DNA of 64,000 nucleotides from an uncultured delta proteobacterium (GTDB lineage: Bacteria > Desulfobacterota > Binatia > UBA9968), in contig CAVUVW010000014.1 of the NCBI GenBank assembly GCA_963745035.1, forward strand, positions 800,001-864,000, read 5' to 3'. This document shows, piece by piece, positions 1 to 9,631 of this stretch. The position numbers were made by a program, and so were the translations under genes. Under the pieces are notes generated by a model that was not told the DNA's origin, did no database searches, and worked only from the letters and a program-made list of their open reading frames with translations. Position 1 is the stretch's first letter. The number at the start of each line of letters is the position of its first letter.

Positions 1-566
1 ATTTGAATGTAACGAGCACCCAAGCGCACCAGCTCTTGCACCTCTTCGCGCAAGAGTTGAACGATGTCTGCGAGGAAACCATCCAGAGTCGGGTACGCCG
101 CCCTGGAGTATTCGCGCGACCAGAAGTTCGCCCAAAGGCCCGGACTCGGCAGCGTAATTTTAGGGACGCGGCTGGTTTTGTTCTTCAGATAGGTAAACTC
201 ATCGGCGGATAAATAGCGTTTTCGGACGAGCTTTCCAGTTGCCCCGAGGTTTTGCGGGCGCGCTTTGCGGACTGTCCCTTGCGCATTGTGCCAATCGCCC
301 CAAAGAAAAGCGTCCATACCGAAGTCACCGAAGCCCTCTGTTGCCGCGGTCATTTGGCTCTGGAAGGACTGCCGGCGCATCTCGCCGTCGGTCACGACTT
401 CGAACTCTGCTGCCTCTTGCATCGCGATCGCGTCACTGACGGCACGATCCTCAATTTCCCTGAAGCGTGAAGCATCGATCTCGCCAGCCGCCAGCCGGCT
501 TTGTGCCTCGATCAGTTCCGGCGTTCTGAGCAGGCTCCCAACCACGTCGGCATGAACGGTTATCAT
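1..566 (-). CDS. Cobalamin-independent methionine synthase II family protein, 5' part (runs off the left edge; absent from the ORF track)
   Basis: Manual translation from ATG at 566 gives MITVHADVVGSLLRTPELIEAQ...EVVTDGEMRRQSFQ...KITLPSP...LGARYIQ. VGSLLR, TDGEMRR and KxTLPSP are characteristic of this family. Confidence 0.85.
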   Translation of the reverse strand, partial: MITVHADVVGSLLRTPELIEAQSRLAAGEIDASRFREIEDRAVSDAIAMQEAAEFEVVTDGEMRRQSFQSQMTAATEGFGDFGMDAFLWGDWHNAQGTVRKARPQNLGATGKLVRKRYLSADEFTYLKNKTSRVPKITLPSPGLWANFWSREYSRAAYPTLDGFLADIVQLLREEVQELVRLGARYIQ

Positions 567-632
567 AGTGCGGAAAACCCAGCGGGGAAGGTGACGGATA
601 AAGCCAACCGATGCGCAGAGTCTAATGCAGTG

Positions 633-690
633 ACTGCATGCTCTAGGCTATGACAACCCCGCCTGTGTCTTTCACCAAGCGATGACGTGG
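633..690 (-). mobile_element. RAYT/Y1 transposase remnant (degenerate HUH, then LVKDTG-VIA*SMQ)
   Basis: 633-678 matches 6050-6095 at 43/46 nt; contains an in-frame stop. Confidence 0.8.
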
Positions 691-701
691 ATCGACGACA
701 T

Positions 702-1436
702 TCAACGACGCGCCGCACTCACGTTCGTGCCGTAACCAAGGTCCGCGATCCACTCACCGCGCCCCTGTGGAGTGAGATCCAAGATATGCCAAACGGGACT
801 GTACAGATCGATACCGCGCTCTTCGATGTCGCTCGAGAAAGACGGATGAACTGAGTAGAAGTGGCGAGGGGTTCCGTCAGGATCTCGAGTGAAAACGGAA
901 ATGGTCGAATCCTGATTCCCCTCGCGGTCTTCGCTGCCGAGATCGTATTTGAACGTGTTGGCGCCCGCACTCAGTAGCCTGAGCCTGTGCCACCCGCGCG
1001 CACGTGCATGTGCGCGCAACGCCACCGGATCGGCAGCGGCCACGACCGCAACGTCGACGTTCTGAGCCAGATGATGAGCGACACCATTCCAACCATCGAT
1101 CCAGAGCGTGCACATCGGGCACGGCGTGGTGTTCTTCTTTCCGAACATGAACTGATAGACGACCAACGAACGATCAGGCGCGCTGAACAGTTCGCTCAGG
1201 CGGACGGTGCGGATCGGCGTGTCGCCGGCATCGAGGTCCGCCGGACCCTCTTCGAACGCATAATCCTGAAGCGCCGCGCCTTGCGGAAGCCCGCGGCGAA
1301 GTTCCGCTACTCGCTCTCGCTGGCGCATCAGCTCAATTTCCGCCAGTCGAAGTTCTTCTCGCTTGGACAGATATTTGTCGGATTCGTTCGGCAAATTGGT
1401 TTGTCGAGGCGTCGCGTTGATTTTCTCCTGTGCCAT
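702..1436 (-). CDS. DUF899 family thioredoxin-fold protein
   Basis: RERVAELRRGLP, LSELF, YQFMF..CPMC, LDLTPQGR motifs; GGAGG RBS upstream. Confidence 0.85.
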   Translation of the reverse strand: MAQEKINATPRQTNLPNESDKYLSKREELRLAEIELMRQRERVAELRRGLPQGAALQDYAFEEGPADLDAGDTPIRTVRLSELFSAPDRSLVVYQFMFGKKNTTPCPMCTLWIDGWNGVAHHLAQNVDVAVVAAADPVALRAHARARGWHRLRLLSAGANTFKYDLGSEDREGNQDSTISVFTRDPDGTPRHFYSVHPSFSSDIEERGIDLYSPVWHILDLTPQGRGEWIADLGYGTNVSAARR

Positions 1437-1648
1437 GGTTCATACCTCCTTAAGTTTTTCGCCAAAAAGTTTTGGAGACATTGCTGCTGCATTCGCCGGC
1501 CAGACACCGAATGCCTCACTCAATAGCGCAACGAATGAGCGAGCGCTTTTAGGGCAGTCGTACTGAAAAAGTTTCCGACTGTTATTAAAGTATGCCAGAT
1601 TGAAAGGGGATCTGAAGTATGAACCAAAAGAATCTTGCGACAACTTCT

Positions 1649-1704
1649 CGCTTCCTGGCTTGGAAAACCTAATGCAAATACCGGCGGCGACGCGGGGAAA
1701 CTTC
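1649..1704 (-). mobile_element. RAYT/Y1 transposase remnant (KFPR..RRYLH*VFQARKR segment)
   Basis: 1661-1704 matches 29565-29609 with 2 mismatches and 1 indel. Confidence 0.8.
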
Positions 1705-1915
1705 TACTCACCCAAGGAAATTGGAAGTCCTCAGGAGATCGGAAATGCAAATCCGGTATTTCCTGATGCCATTAACAAAAAATTGACTTGACGCAGATTA
1801 GTCTCATGTGAGGTAGTGCATCACGGCTCATCGCTACGGCACGTGCTGTTCCACGGAGGGATCACACCGATGAAGCCATCTAGAATTTTCCGGTTATCCT
1901 CTCATTGATTAGCCG

Positions 1916-1942
1916 TGTCACAAACCGGGCGGCTATCCGGTC
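1916..1942 (+). promoter_or_regulatory. ECF41-type sigma factor promoter candidate
   Basis: TGTCACA-N16-GGTC against the ECF41 consensus TGTCACA-N16-CGTC, about 60 nt upstream of the cupin operon. Confidence 0.6.
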
Positions 1943-2003
1943 ATAGCTGTACATCGAACCGATCGGCACCCTGGTGCCTCGGACTAAGAACGGGAGGTCG
2001 AAT

Positions 2004-2393
2004 ATGCTGAAGAAAATCATAATGGTGGTTCTGCTCTCTCTCAGTGCCGGGACGCTGATGGCTCAGGAGGTCAAGGTCACGTCTCTCATGTCGAAGGTTA
2101 TGACGGACGTTTCCGGCAAGGAAGGCCTGATGATATCAGTAGAGTATCCGCCCGGCGGGTCGGACCCTATTCATCGTCACAATGCACATGCATTTCTATA
2201 CGTGCTGGAAGGCTCCGTCGTGATGCAGGTGAAGGGCGGAAAACAAGTGACGCTCACACCGGGACAGACCTTCTATGAAGACTCCAACGATGTTCATATC
2301 GTTGGCCGGAACGCGAGCAAAACCCAGCCAGCAAAATTCCTCGTGTTCTTGGTCAAGGACAAGGGCGCTCCGGTGCTCGTGCCGGTGAAGTGA
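2004..2393 (+). CDS. Secreted cupin domain protein
   Basis: Signal peptide; PIHRH..YVLEG..GQTFYE...H cupin motifs; GGAGG RBS. Confidence 0.85.
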   Translation: MLKKIIMVVLLSLSAGTLMAQEVKVTSLMSKVMTDVSGKEGLMISVEYPPGGSDPIHRHNAHAFLYVLEGSVVMQVKGGKQVTLTPGQTFYEDSNDVHIVGRNASKTQPAKFLVFLVKDKGAPVLVPVK

Positions 2394-2498
2394 CCGGGGA
2401 GCGTCTTCTCCCAGTTGCTGACATTAGCTGTCGACAGGACGCTATCAGCGCGCTCTAGGGTTCAACAGACAGATATTTCGAAGTGAAAGGAGATAACC

Positions 2499-3320
2499 AT
2501 GTCTACAATCACCACCAAAGACGGCACAGAAATCTATTACAAGGAATGGGGCGAGGGCCCCGTCGTAACGTTCTCGCACGGATGGCCCTTGAGCTCTGAT
2601 GCTTGGGACGGCCAAATGCACTTTCTCGCGCAGAACGGATATAGAGTCGTCGCGCATGACCGTCGTGGCCATGGCCGATCAAGCCAGGCCTCCTCGGGAA
2701 ACGACATGAATGGTTATGCCGATGATCTTGCGGCCATTATCGAAGCGCTTGATCTGCGGAACGCCACTCTGATCGGTCACTCAACAGGAGGCGGAGAGGT
2801 CACGCGATATATCGGTCGTCATGGATCGAAGCGTGTCGCCAAAGTGGTTCTTGTCGCTGCAGTGCCGCCGATCATGCTAAAGACTCCGGCGAATCCAGAG
2901 GGGCTCCCCATGGAAGTTTTCGATGGTTTACGCGCAGGCCTGCTCAAGGATCGTTCTCAATTCTACAAGGACTTGGCAATTCCGTTCTATGGCGCCAACC
3001 GGCCCGGCGCAAAAGTCTCCCAGGGCACCCTAGATCAATTCTGGCTTTGGAGCATGCAAGCAGGCCTGAAGAACGCGTATGAATCGATCAAGGCATTCTC
3101 CGAGACCGACTTCACCGAGGACCTCAAGAAGATCGATGTTCCCGCGTTGGTGTTGCACGGCGAGGATGACCAGATCGTTCCTGTTAAGGATTCGGCAAAA
3201 AAGTCGGCAAAGCTCATAAAGGGCGCAAAGGAAATTTATTATCCCGGAGCGCCGCACGGAATAACGGCTACCCATCAGGATCAGGTCAACTCCGACCTTC
3301 TGGAATTTCTCCGGTCTTGA
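2499..3320 (+). CDS. cpo: Non-heme chloroperoxidase / perhydrolase (alpha/beta hydrolase)
   Basis: [37 protein letters not shown]. Confidence 0.9.
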   Translation: MSTITTKDGTEIYYKEWGEGPVVTFSHGWPLSSDAWDGQMHFLAQNGYRVVAHDRRGHGRSSQASSGNDMNGYADDLAAIIEALDLRNATLIGHSTGGGEVTRYIGRHGSKRVAKVVLVAAVPPIMLKTPANPEGLPMEVFDGLRAGLLKDRSQFYKDLAIPFYGANRPGAKVSQGTLDQFWLWSMQAGLKNAYESIKAFSETDFTEDLKKIDVPALVLHGEDDQIVPVKDSAKKSAKLIKGAKEIYYPGAPHGITATHQDQVNSDLLEFLRS

Positions 3321-3434
3321 GAGGAGATCCGGTGGAACCGCAGGTTTTCGAGAGTCAAATTCACAAGCTTAACGTTGGAATGCGAATCCTAAACACTCGT
3401 CCGATTGCGGGCGACTACAGAAAGGAGAGCACAT

Positions 3435-4191
3435 ATGAAGATCGTAGTCATCGGCGGCACCGGCCTGATCGGCTCGAAGACCGTCGCCATTCTGCGCGAG
3501 GGCGGCCACGAAGTCGTCGCCGCCTCGCCCAATACCGGCGTCAACACCATCACCGGCGAGGGCCTCAAAGAGGCCATGGCCGGCACGCAGGTGGTGATCG
3601 ACCTCGCCAACTCGCCCTCTTTTGAAGACAGGGCGGTGCTGGAATTCTTCGAGACCTCCGGCCGCAACCTTCTCGCGGCGGAGGCCGCAGCCGGCGTCCG
3701 GCACCATGTCGCGCTCTCCATCGTCGGAACCGACCGGACGCCCGACAATGGCTATTTCCGCGCCAAGGTCGCCCAAGAGAAACTGATCGAGACCTCCGGC
3801 ATCCCCTACACCATCATCCGCTCGACCCAGTTCATCGATTTCATCGGCCGCATCGCCGATTCAAGTATGGATGGAAACAGTGGTCAGGGTTTCGCCCGGC
3901 CTGTTCCAGCCCATCGCGTCGGACGACGTTGCTGCCAGCGTCGCCGATGTGGCGCTCGCGGCGCCGCGCAACGGCATCGTCGAGATCGCCGGCCCGGAAC
4001 GAGCACCGTTCAACGAAATCGTCGCCCGCTATCTGAAGGCGGTCGGCGACCCGCGTGAGGTCGTGAGTGACCCCGAGGCCCGATACTACGGCGGCCGGGT
4101 CGAGGAGCGCTCGCTCGTGCCGTTGGGCGAAGCGCGCCTCGGCCGCATCGGTTTCGACGAATGGCTCCGCCGCTCCGTAGCTCGAGTGTAA
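3435..4191 (+). CDS. NmrA-like atypical SDR oxidoreductase (frameshift near 3880)
   Basis: MKIVVIGGTGLIG, YFRAK, RSTQF; continues in another frame as FQPIASDDVA...EIAGPE. Confidence 0.85.
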
Positions 4192-4348
4192 GTTAGCCAG
4201 GCAGGGTCGACGCCCAGATCAAGTAGTGCGCCCGACCGGCGATGAACTGCCCGTCACCCTGCCTAAACTTCTTTTCCGGCTTGGCGCCGCACCGCGGACA
4301 CGGGTGCCAGACCCTAAAGACCATCTTGAAACTTTTAAGTGATAGTCG

Positions 4349-4612
4349 GTGAAGCGCTATGCTGACGGAGTGCGGCGGACAGAGGGTGTGCCGATTCAAA
4401 TCAGAGTGGGTTTGAATTCCGGAGAAGGAGTGGTCGGCGCGATCGGCAGCGACTTGAAGATGGACTACACTGTGGTCGGTCAGGCCGTGCATTTAGCTTC
4501 TCGTATGGAGCAAATGGCGACTTCGGGATCCGTCATGATCACTAAAGACACACTGCAACTGGCCGAAGGTTTTGTGCAGGTGAAGTTGCTCGGCCCGATT
4601 CGGGTAAAGGCA
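4349..4612 (+). pseudogene. Class III adenylate/guanylate cyclase internal fragment
   Basis: IRVGLNSGE.VVGAIG..MDYTVVGQAVHLASRMEQ; the N-terminal half and downstream domains are missing. Confidence 0.8.
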
Positions 4613-4649
4613 ATGGGGACGTTGCCTCCAAACAATGTCTGGAGCAGTA

Positions 4650-5658
4650 CTACAGTACGATATTGTTTCTGGGTTCCAATGGCGGCGGCAAGTCGGTTTC
4701 GCCAAGCATCTCCCGCAAATCTATTTCCGCGGTCCGGCACATTTGTGAGATCGGGACGTCATTCGGACTCCTATCAAACGGGTTTTCGGTGCTCTCTCCG
4801 ACTCGCTCCAGCGAAGTGTACATCCAGGAAATCAATACACTGAACGGGATGACCAGCCAAACCATGTTTCCCTTGATCACACCCTCCACGCTGTCATTGA
4901 GCTTGTCGAATTCCCTGAGCAACCCGAAGGGAAGCAGAAGGCAGAACAATTTGATGAAAAAGGAATTGATCGATCGCAAATTGCCTTGGATACGGGAAAT
5001 CCTTGATACGCTCACATCTGCCTTGTAGCAAGAGGAAATCCTTGATTGACTTTTGCATGTCGACGAACTGCGTCACGATAATCGCCTGGCTGGCGAGAAG
5101 CCCTTTTATCGTTTTGCTTTGAAGGCTCATGATCTGGGTTGCCTTGCTGCCCGTGGCAAGAATCTGTTTTCGCTCCGCATCAGGAAGGTATTTCGCCAGC
5201 TCCGTTTCCAATGCCGTTTGCATTTCAGGGATGGAGTAATACTTCAAATACTCTGCATTGTGTGCCTTGCTTGTGGTTTCCCATGCCCTGTTCTCCCGCA
5301 GCTGATAGCGCAATGCAGTCAACCAGGCGAGGTGGCGATAGACAAGCTCTTTTGATTTTTCGGCATTGTCAAAAGAGTCCCTGCTGAGTGTTCCCCAGGC
5401 CCGACTGCTGCTTATGATGTCGCTCCATATTTGGCGAGCTTCCCAGGTACGATTGTAGGTTTGCACGTTTTTGAAACCAACGATAAACGCGGTGGCTGTT
5501 CCCAGGAGCGCCACCACCGTCCAGGGAATGCCCAGCCATTTGATGTTCCCGATCTGGTACGCAACAACAGGTACGACTCCCAGAACAATCAGGACGTAGA
5601 TATCCCTTCGTGTCCAATTGAGGAACTCCGAAAGTTTGTATGATTTGCCAGTGTGCAT
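4650..5658 (-). CDS. Bestrophin-like (YneE) anion channel family protein (frameshift near 4970)
   Basis: GFKN..YNRTWEARQIW, CERIKDFPYP, ENPF...NDVPI..CRT.EIDL, split over two frames. Confidence 0.85.
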
Positions 5659-5704
5659 GGTTGCTTGTCCTTACCAAGAACTGGGTGTCACAGGGTCGCC
5701 CATT

Positions 5705-6095
5705 CGATTCTCTCGCTTGAGGTTTCGAAGTAAGAGCCTGCTCAATCCATTGACGATGGGTTTCCTGAAATTGCGCTGCATCGGCAAAGCCAAATAACGT
5801 ATTTAACTCTAGCAAGTCAATAATCCCATAGCGGCTAGGCGGCTTCTGAATCTCGCGATACCCGCTGTGTTCCCATTCGTGTGGATGCTTGACCACTCCG
5901 GCGCGCACCATGTTCCAATCGATATACACAACGCACTGATGCAGATGATCCTCGGCTTGGATAGCCGTAGCATGATACCGGACCTGCCAGAACTCGCCAT
6001 GGCGGTTCTTGCGCCGATTGTATTCTTGCGTAGTACGGCCCGGAGATTAACTGCATGCTCTCGGCTATGACATCCCGGCCTGTGTCTTTCACCAA
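5705..6095 (-). mobile_element. RAYT/Y1 transposase pseudogene, central part
   Basis: LVKDTGRDVIAESMQLISG / RTTQEYNRRKNRHGEFWQVRYHATA..YIDWNMVRAGVVKHPHEWEHSGY; frameshifted and truncated at both ends. Confidence 0.85.
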
Positions 6096-6257
6096 TCCGG
6101 CGGGTCTATGAACGCATGAGGTCGGGCCTGCAGCTCGTGCCGCATATCCGGATTGTCTCTCAAAAACGGCTGACAAATTCGCAGTATCTTTTTGTGTCGC
6201 GCTGTTATGATTTCAATTGCATTGGAAAAATCTCATGCGGATGATAGAGAGGCTCAT

Positions 6258-6596
6258 ATGGAAATTACCGAGCACAGACCCGCGGACGTCGTTACCCTGA
6301 GCCTCTCCGGAAAACTGGACACCAACACCGCCAAGGCGTTTCAGGATCAAATTCTCGCTCGCATCGAATCGGGTGAGCGGCGCATCGTCGTCGATCTTGA
6401 ACAGCTCGGTTATATCAGCAGCGCCGATCTGCGCGTGATCATGCTGGCGGGCCAGCGGCTGAGCAGCGTGAACGGCAAGGTCGTGCTGTGTTCGCTCAAA
6501 CATCCGATCAGAGAAGTGTTCGACATAGCCGGGTTTGTATCCATTTTTTCCATTTACGGCTCCCACGACGACGCAACCAAGGCTCTGCAAGCGTAA
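6258..6596 (+). CDS. STAS-domain anti-sigma factor antagonist
   Basis: LSGKLD, VVDLEQLGYISSADLR, REVFDIAGF. Confidence 0.9.
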   Translation: MEITEHRPADVVTLSLSGKLDTNTAKAFQDQILARIESGERRIVVDLEQLGYISSADLRVIMLAGQRLSSVNGKVVLCSLKHPIREVFDIAGFVSIFSIYGSHDDATKALQA

Positions 6597-6729
6597 ACAA
6601 TCCAGATCCCCCTGACTCGAGAAGTTCTTTCGTAGCGCCTAAGGAAGAAATCCCCCCAAGGAAGCGGAACAACGCTGATGATCGGCAGTGCTGTTGGCAG
6701 GTGGCTACCTAACGTTGAAGCATTCCGGC

Positions 6730-6922
6730 CCGACTATGCGCTGTGGCCGACGGCGAGCCGCGGCAGGATCACCGCGGCGCAGATCGCTGTTGACGTCGCG
6801 TTGGAGGCTATGCAGTGATGCTGTGCGGCCAGATCGGATTCATTTCCGACCTCGCCCGGCAGTTCCGGGCGCTCGGCGTGCCGCGCGAACGGATCATCAC
6901 CGAAGAGTTCGAATTCTGCTGA
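6730..6922 (+). pseudogene. C-terminal remnant of a ferric-reductase/FNR-like oxidoreductase
   Basis: Manual translation: RGRITAAQI...VMLCGQIGFISDLARQFRALGVPRERIITEEFEFC*. Confidence 0.6.
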
Positions 6923-6941
6923 CCGCTTGGACACTATCGAA

Positions 6942-8903
6942 ATGTGGACGGCAATTCGCAGGCTGCTATTCGGGTTCACACTGATCCTCCTAGCTTCGGC
7001 CATGCTGCTGATTTCCGATCTGCACCAACGCCGATCGGCCGGCAAAATCCCGCGCCTCGCCATCGTCCAGCACTCGGCTAGCGCTGTGTTAGACGAAGGC
7101 GTCCTGGGAGTACTTGACAGTCTGAAAGCAAACGGCCTGGTCGACGGCAAAAACATTAGCATAGAGCGGTTCAACGCCGATGCTGATTTCGCCGTTGCCA
7201 ATGCCATTGCCGAGCAGGTGGTGGCGGCCGGCTTCGATATGGTTGTAACGATCAGCACTCCATCTCTTCAGACGGTGGCAAAAGCCAACAGCTCTCAGAA
7301 ACTCATTCAGGTCTTTGGGATTGTGGCTGATCCCTTTCGCGTTGGTGTTGGCATCGGTCGAAAGAGTCCTTTAGATCATCCCAAACGTCTGGTCGGCGTT
7401 CCTACACCCCTGCCGGTGGCGGATTCTTTCCGGCTCGCGAGAAAGCTCTTTCCAGGGCTCCAGTCTGTCGGGGTTGTGTGGAACCCGAGCGAAGCAAATT
7501 CCGAAATCACGACGATGCAGGCGCGCGAGATCTCCCGGGAGCTAGGAATTAACCTTAGGGAGGCACACGTCGACAGCTCCGTCGCCGTAGCCGAAGCGGC
7601 AGCCGCACTGACCGCTCAAGGGGTCCAGGCGATCTGGGTGGGAGGGGACAACACCGTGAACTTGACGCTGGAGGCGGTGGTCTCGGTGGCACGCAAAGCT
7701 CGAATCCCGGTTTTTTCTGCCGTCCCAATGGAACCAAATCGGGGAACGCTCCTAGATATCGGGACCAACTTTTACGACGCCGGCAGAATGACCGGCAAGC
7801 TGGCGGCGGAAATCCTCGGCGGAGTCGATCCCGCGACGATTCCTATACCGGACAAGATCCCGCAGAAGCTTGTGGTGAACAAGCAGGCCCTCAAGGGATT
7901 GAAAGACCCCTGGCAGTTTCCGGAAGAACTGCTGGCCAAAGCAGACGTTTTCATAGGCGAGGATGGGGTTCATAGGAAATCGCAGACGGCCATACGCAAG
8001 CCGCCCGAAGGGCGCCTTTTCAAAGTTGGCCTTGCTTACTTCGCTCCCGAGCCCGGAGCGGATGCTTGCATGGAGGGGCTCTTCGGCGGACTCAAAGATC
8101 TGGGTTTTGTCGAGGGCAAAAACCTGCAGTTACGCAAGGCGCACGCCCAGGCAGAGATCGTCAACATTCATTCTATCCTGCAGAACTTCGACAACGAAGA
8201 CGTCGAGCTTATTATTGCCATGACCACGCCGGTTCTGACCGCTGCGGTCAACGCGGTTAGGAAGAAACCTGTGGTCTTTACCTACGTTTACGATCCCATC
8301 GCTGCCGGCGCAGGTAAGACACCCGCGGATCATCTGCCCAACATCACAGGAACTGGATCGTTTCCTCCGGTCGGTGACACTTTAGATGTGATTCAGCAAC
8401 TGGTGCCGCAGGCACGCGCCGTCGGCACGCTCTACAATAGCTCCGAGGCCAATTCCAGAAAAGTGATCGAGGTCGGCCGCGAGCTGTTTAAAAAGCATGG
8501 CATCAAACTCGAAGAAGTTACGGTCACCAACACGAGCGAAGTCTTCCAGGCGGCGCAGGCACTGACCACCAGAAAAATCCAGGCCATCTGGATCACCGGC
8601 GACAACACCGCCATCCAGGCCTTTGAAGGCATCGCCAAGGCAGCCGCCGATGCCCGCCTACCACTCGTCATCAACGACCCCGAATTCACCGAAAGAGGCG
8701 CTCTAGTCGCCGTGGGGATTGGCTGGCAAAAAACATGTCAAGGCGCCGCCAAGAGGGTTGCGCAGGTGTTACTCGGCGAGAAGCCGCAAAACTTACCTTT
8801 CGAAAATGTCGTGGTGAAAAAGGTTGTCTTGAATTCCGACATCGCACGCAAGCTGGGGATAACCTTTCCTGAAAAGCTGATCAACGAGGCGAGCGCGGGT
8901 TGA
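6942..8903 (+). CDS. Membrane-anchored protein with two tandem ABC substrate-binding domains (ABC_sub_bind, Trp/Tyr-binding-like)
   Basis: Internal duplication: VVWNPSEANS / TLYNSSEANS and QAIWVGGDNT / QAIWITGDNT; N-terminal TM helix. Confidence 0.85.
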   Translation: MWTAIRRLLFGFTLILLASAMLLISDLHQRRSAGKIPRLAIVQHSASAVLDEGVLGVLDSLKANGLVDGKNISIERFNADADFAVANAIAEQVVAAGFDMVVTISTPSLQTVAKANSSQKLIQVFGIVADPFRVGVGIGRKSPLDHPKRLVGVPTPLPVADSFRLARKLFPGLQSVGVVWNPSEANSEITTMQAREISRELGINLREAHVDSSVAVAEAAAALTAQGVQAIWVGGDNTVNLTLEAVVSVARKARIPVFSAVPMEPNRGTLLDIGTNFYDAGRMTGKLAAEILGGVDPATIPIPDKIPQKLVVNKQALKGLKDPWQFPEELLAKADVFIGEDGVHRKSQTAIRKPPEGRLFKVGLAYFAPEPGADACMEGLFGGLKDLGFVEGKNLQLRKAHAQAEIVNIHSILQNFDNEDVELIIAMTTPVLTAAVNAVRKKPVVFTYVYDPIAAGAGKTPADHLPNITGTGSFPPVGDTLDVIQQLVPQARAVGTLYNSSEANSRKVIEVGRELFKKHGIKLEEVTVTNTSEVFQAAQALTTRKIQAIWITGDNTAIQAFEGIAKAAADARLPLVINDPEFTERGALVAVGIGWQKTCQGAAKRVAQVLLGEKPQNLPFENVVVKKVVLNSDIARKLGITFPEKLINEASAG

Positions 8904-9346
8904 AGGCAGCGCTCACGGAACGCGTCCGGCGCCTGAACCTTGGACTCGAGGACCGTCTGGGCAATACGATCGGCAGCCTGTCCGGCGGCCAGCGACAGGC
9001 GCTTACCTTGCTCATGGCCACCTGGGTGAGACCTAAACTGTTACTCTTGGATGGGCACACAGCAGCTTTGGATCCGAAAAGCGCGGATCAGGTGATCCGA
9101 TTGACCGAAGATATCGTGTCGCGGGATAAACTGACCACCCTGATGGTAACCCATTCGATGCAGCAAGCAGCCAGTCTGGGCGACCGTCTGGTGATGATGC
9201 ATCGAGGCCGGATTATTCATGATCTGTGTGGCGCGGAAAAGCGCCGCGCGCGGGTCGATGATTTGCTGGTGCGCTTCGAGGAAGTCAGGCGCCAGGAGCA
9301 GCTCGATGAGAGCGCCGCGGAGATGCTGCGGCGGGGATATGTCTGA
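8900..9346 (+). pseudogene. ABC ATPase, C-terminal half only
   Basis: LSGGQRQ, LLLLDGHTAALDP (Walker B Glu to Gly), MVTH; no Walker A and no cognate permease. Confidence 0.75.
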
Positions 9347-9631
9347 TCAGTTCTGCGCTCTCAGTCCTAGCAGGGGAAACGGCCTCAAGTTGTGTGCACG
9401 CCGCAAAAATCTTCCTGGTGTAACCCGTTTGAGACAGAAACTATGTTGATCGGGTCAAGTCCGACCGAATCAACGGTCGCTGTCGTGTTAAGTTTCAGTT
9501 TCATCTCGAGCATTGAGACGCGAGGTACGCTCACTCCAACCGAGTTGTCCCCTTGTGGTGTCAGCGGATATTCGAAATCTTCCACGAGAAAATGTCATCC
9601 GGTATAAGTGATCGTTCCAATAGGAATCACT

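Noticed and set aside
4200-4320. Possible seventh RAYT scrap (QFIAGRA) and a gggtgccagaccct palindrome
   Set aside because: Too short and divergent to distinguish from chance.
5685-5712. Second TGTCACA as an ECF41 promoter
   Set aside because: No -10 element at 16 nt spacing, and it points away from the bestrophin gene.
5369-5929. 186 aa ORF as an intact transposase or RAYT-bestrophin fusion
   Set aside because: RAYT similarity stops near 5705; the rest is an off-frame read through the bestrophin gene.
9385-9600. Short ORFs between the ATPase remnant and the NCS2 gene
   Set aside because: No RBS or recognisable motif.
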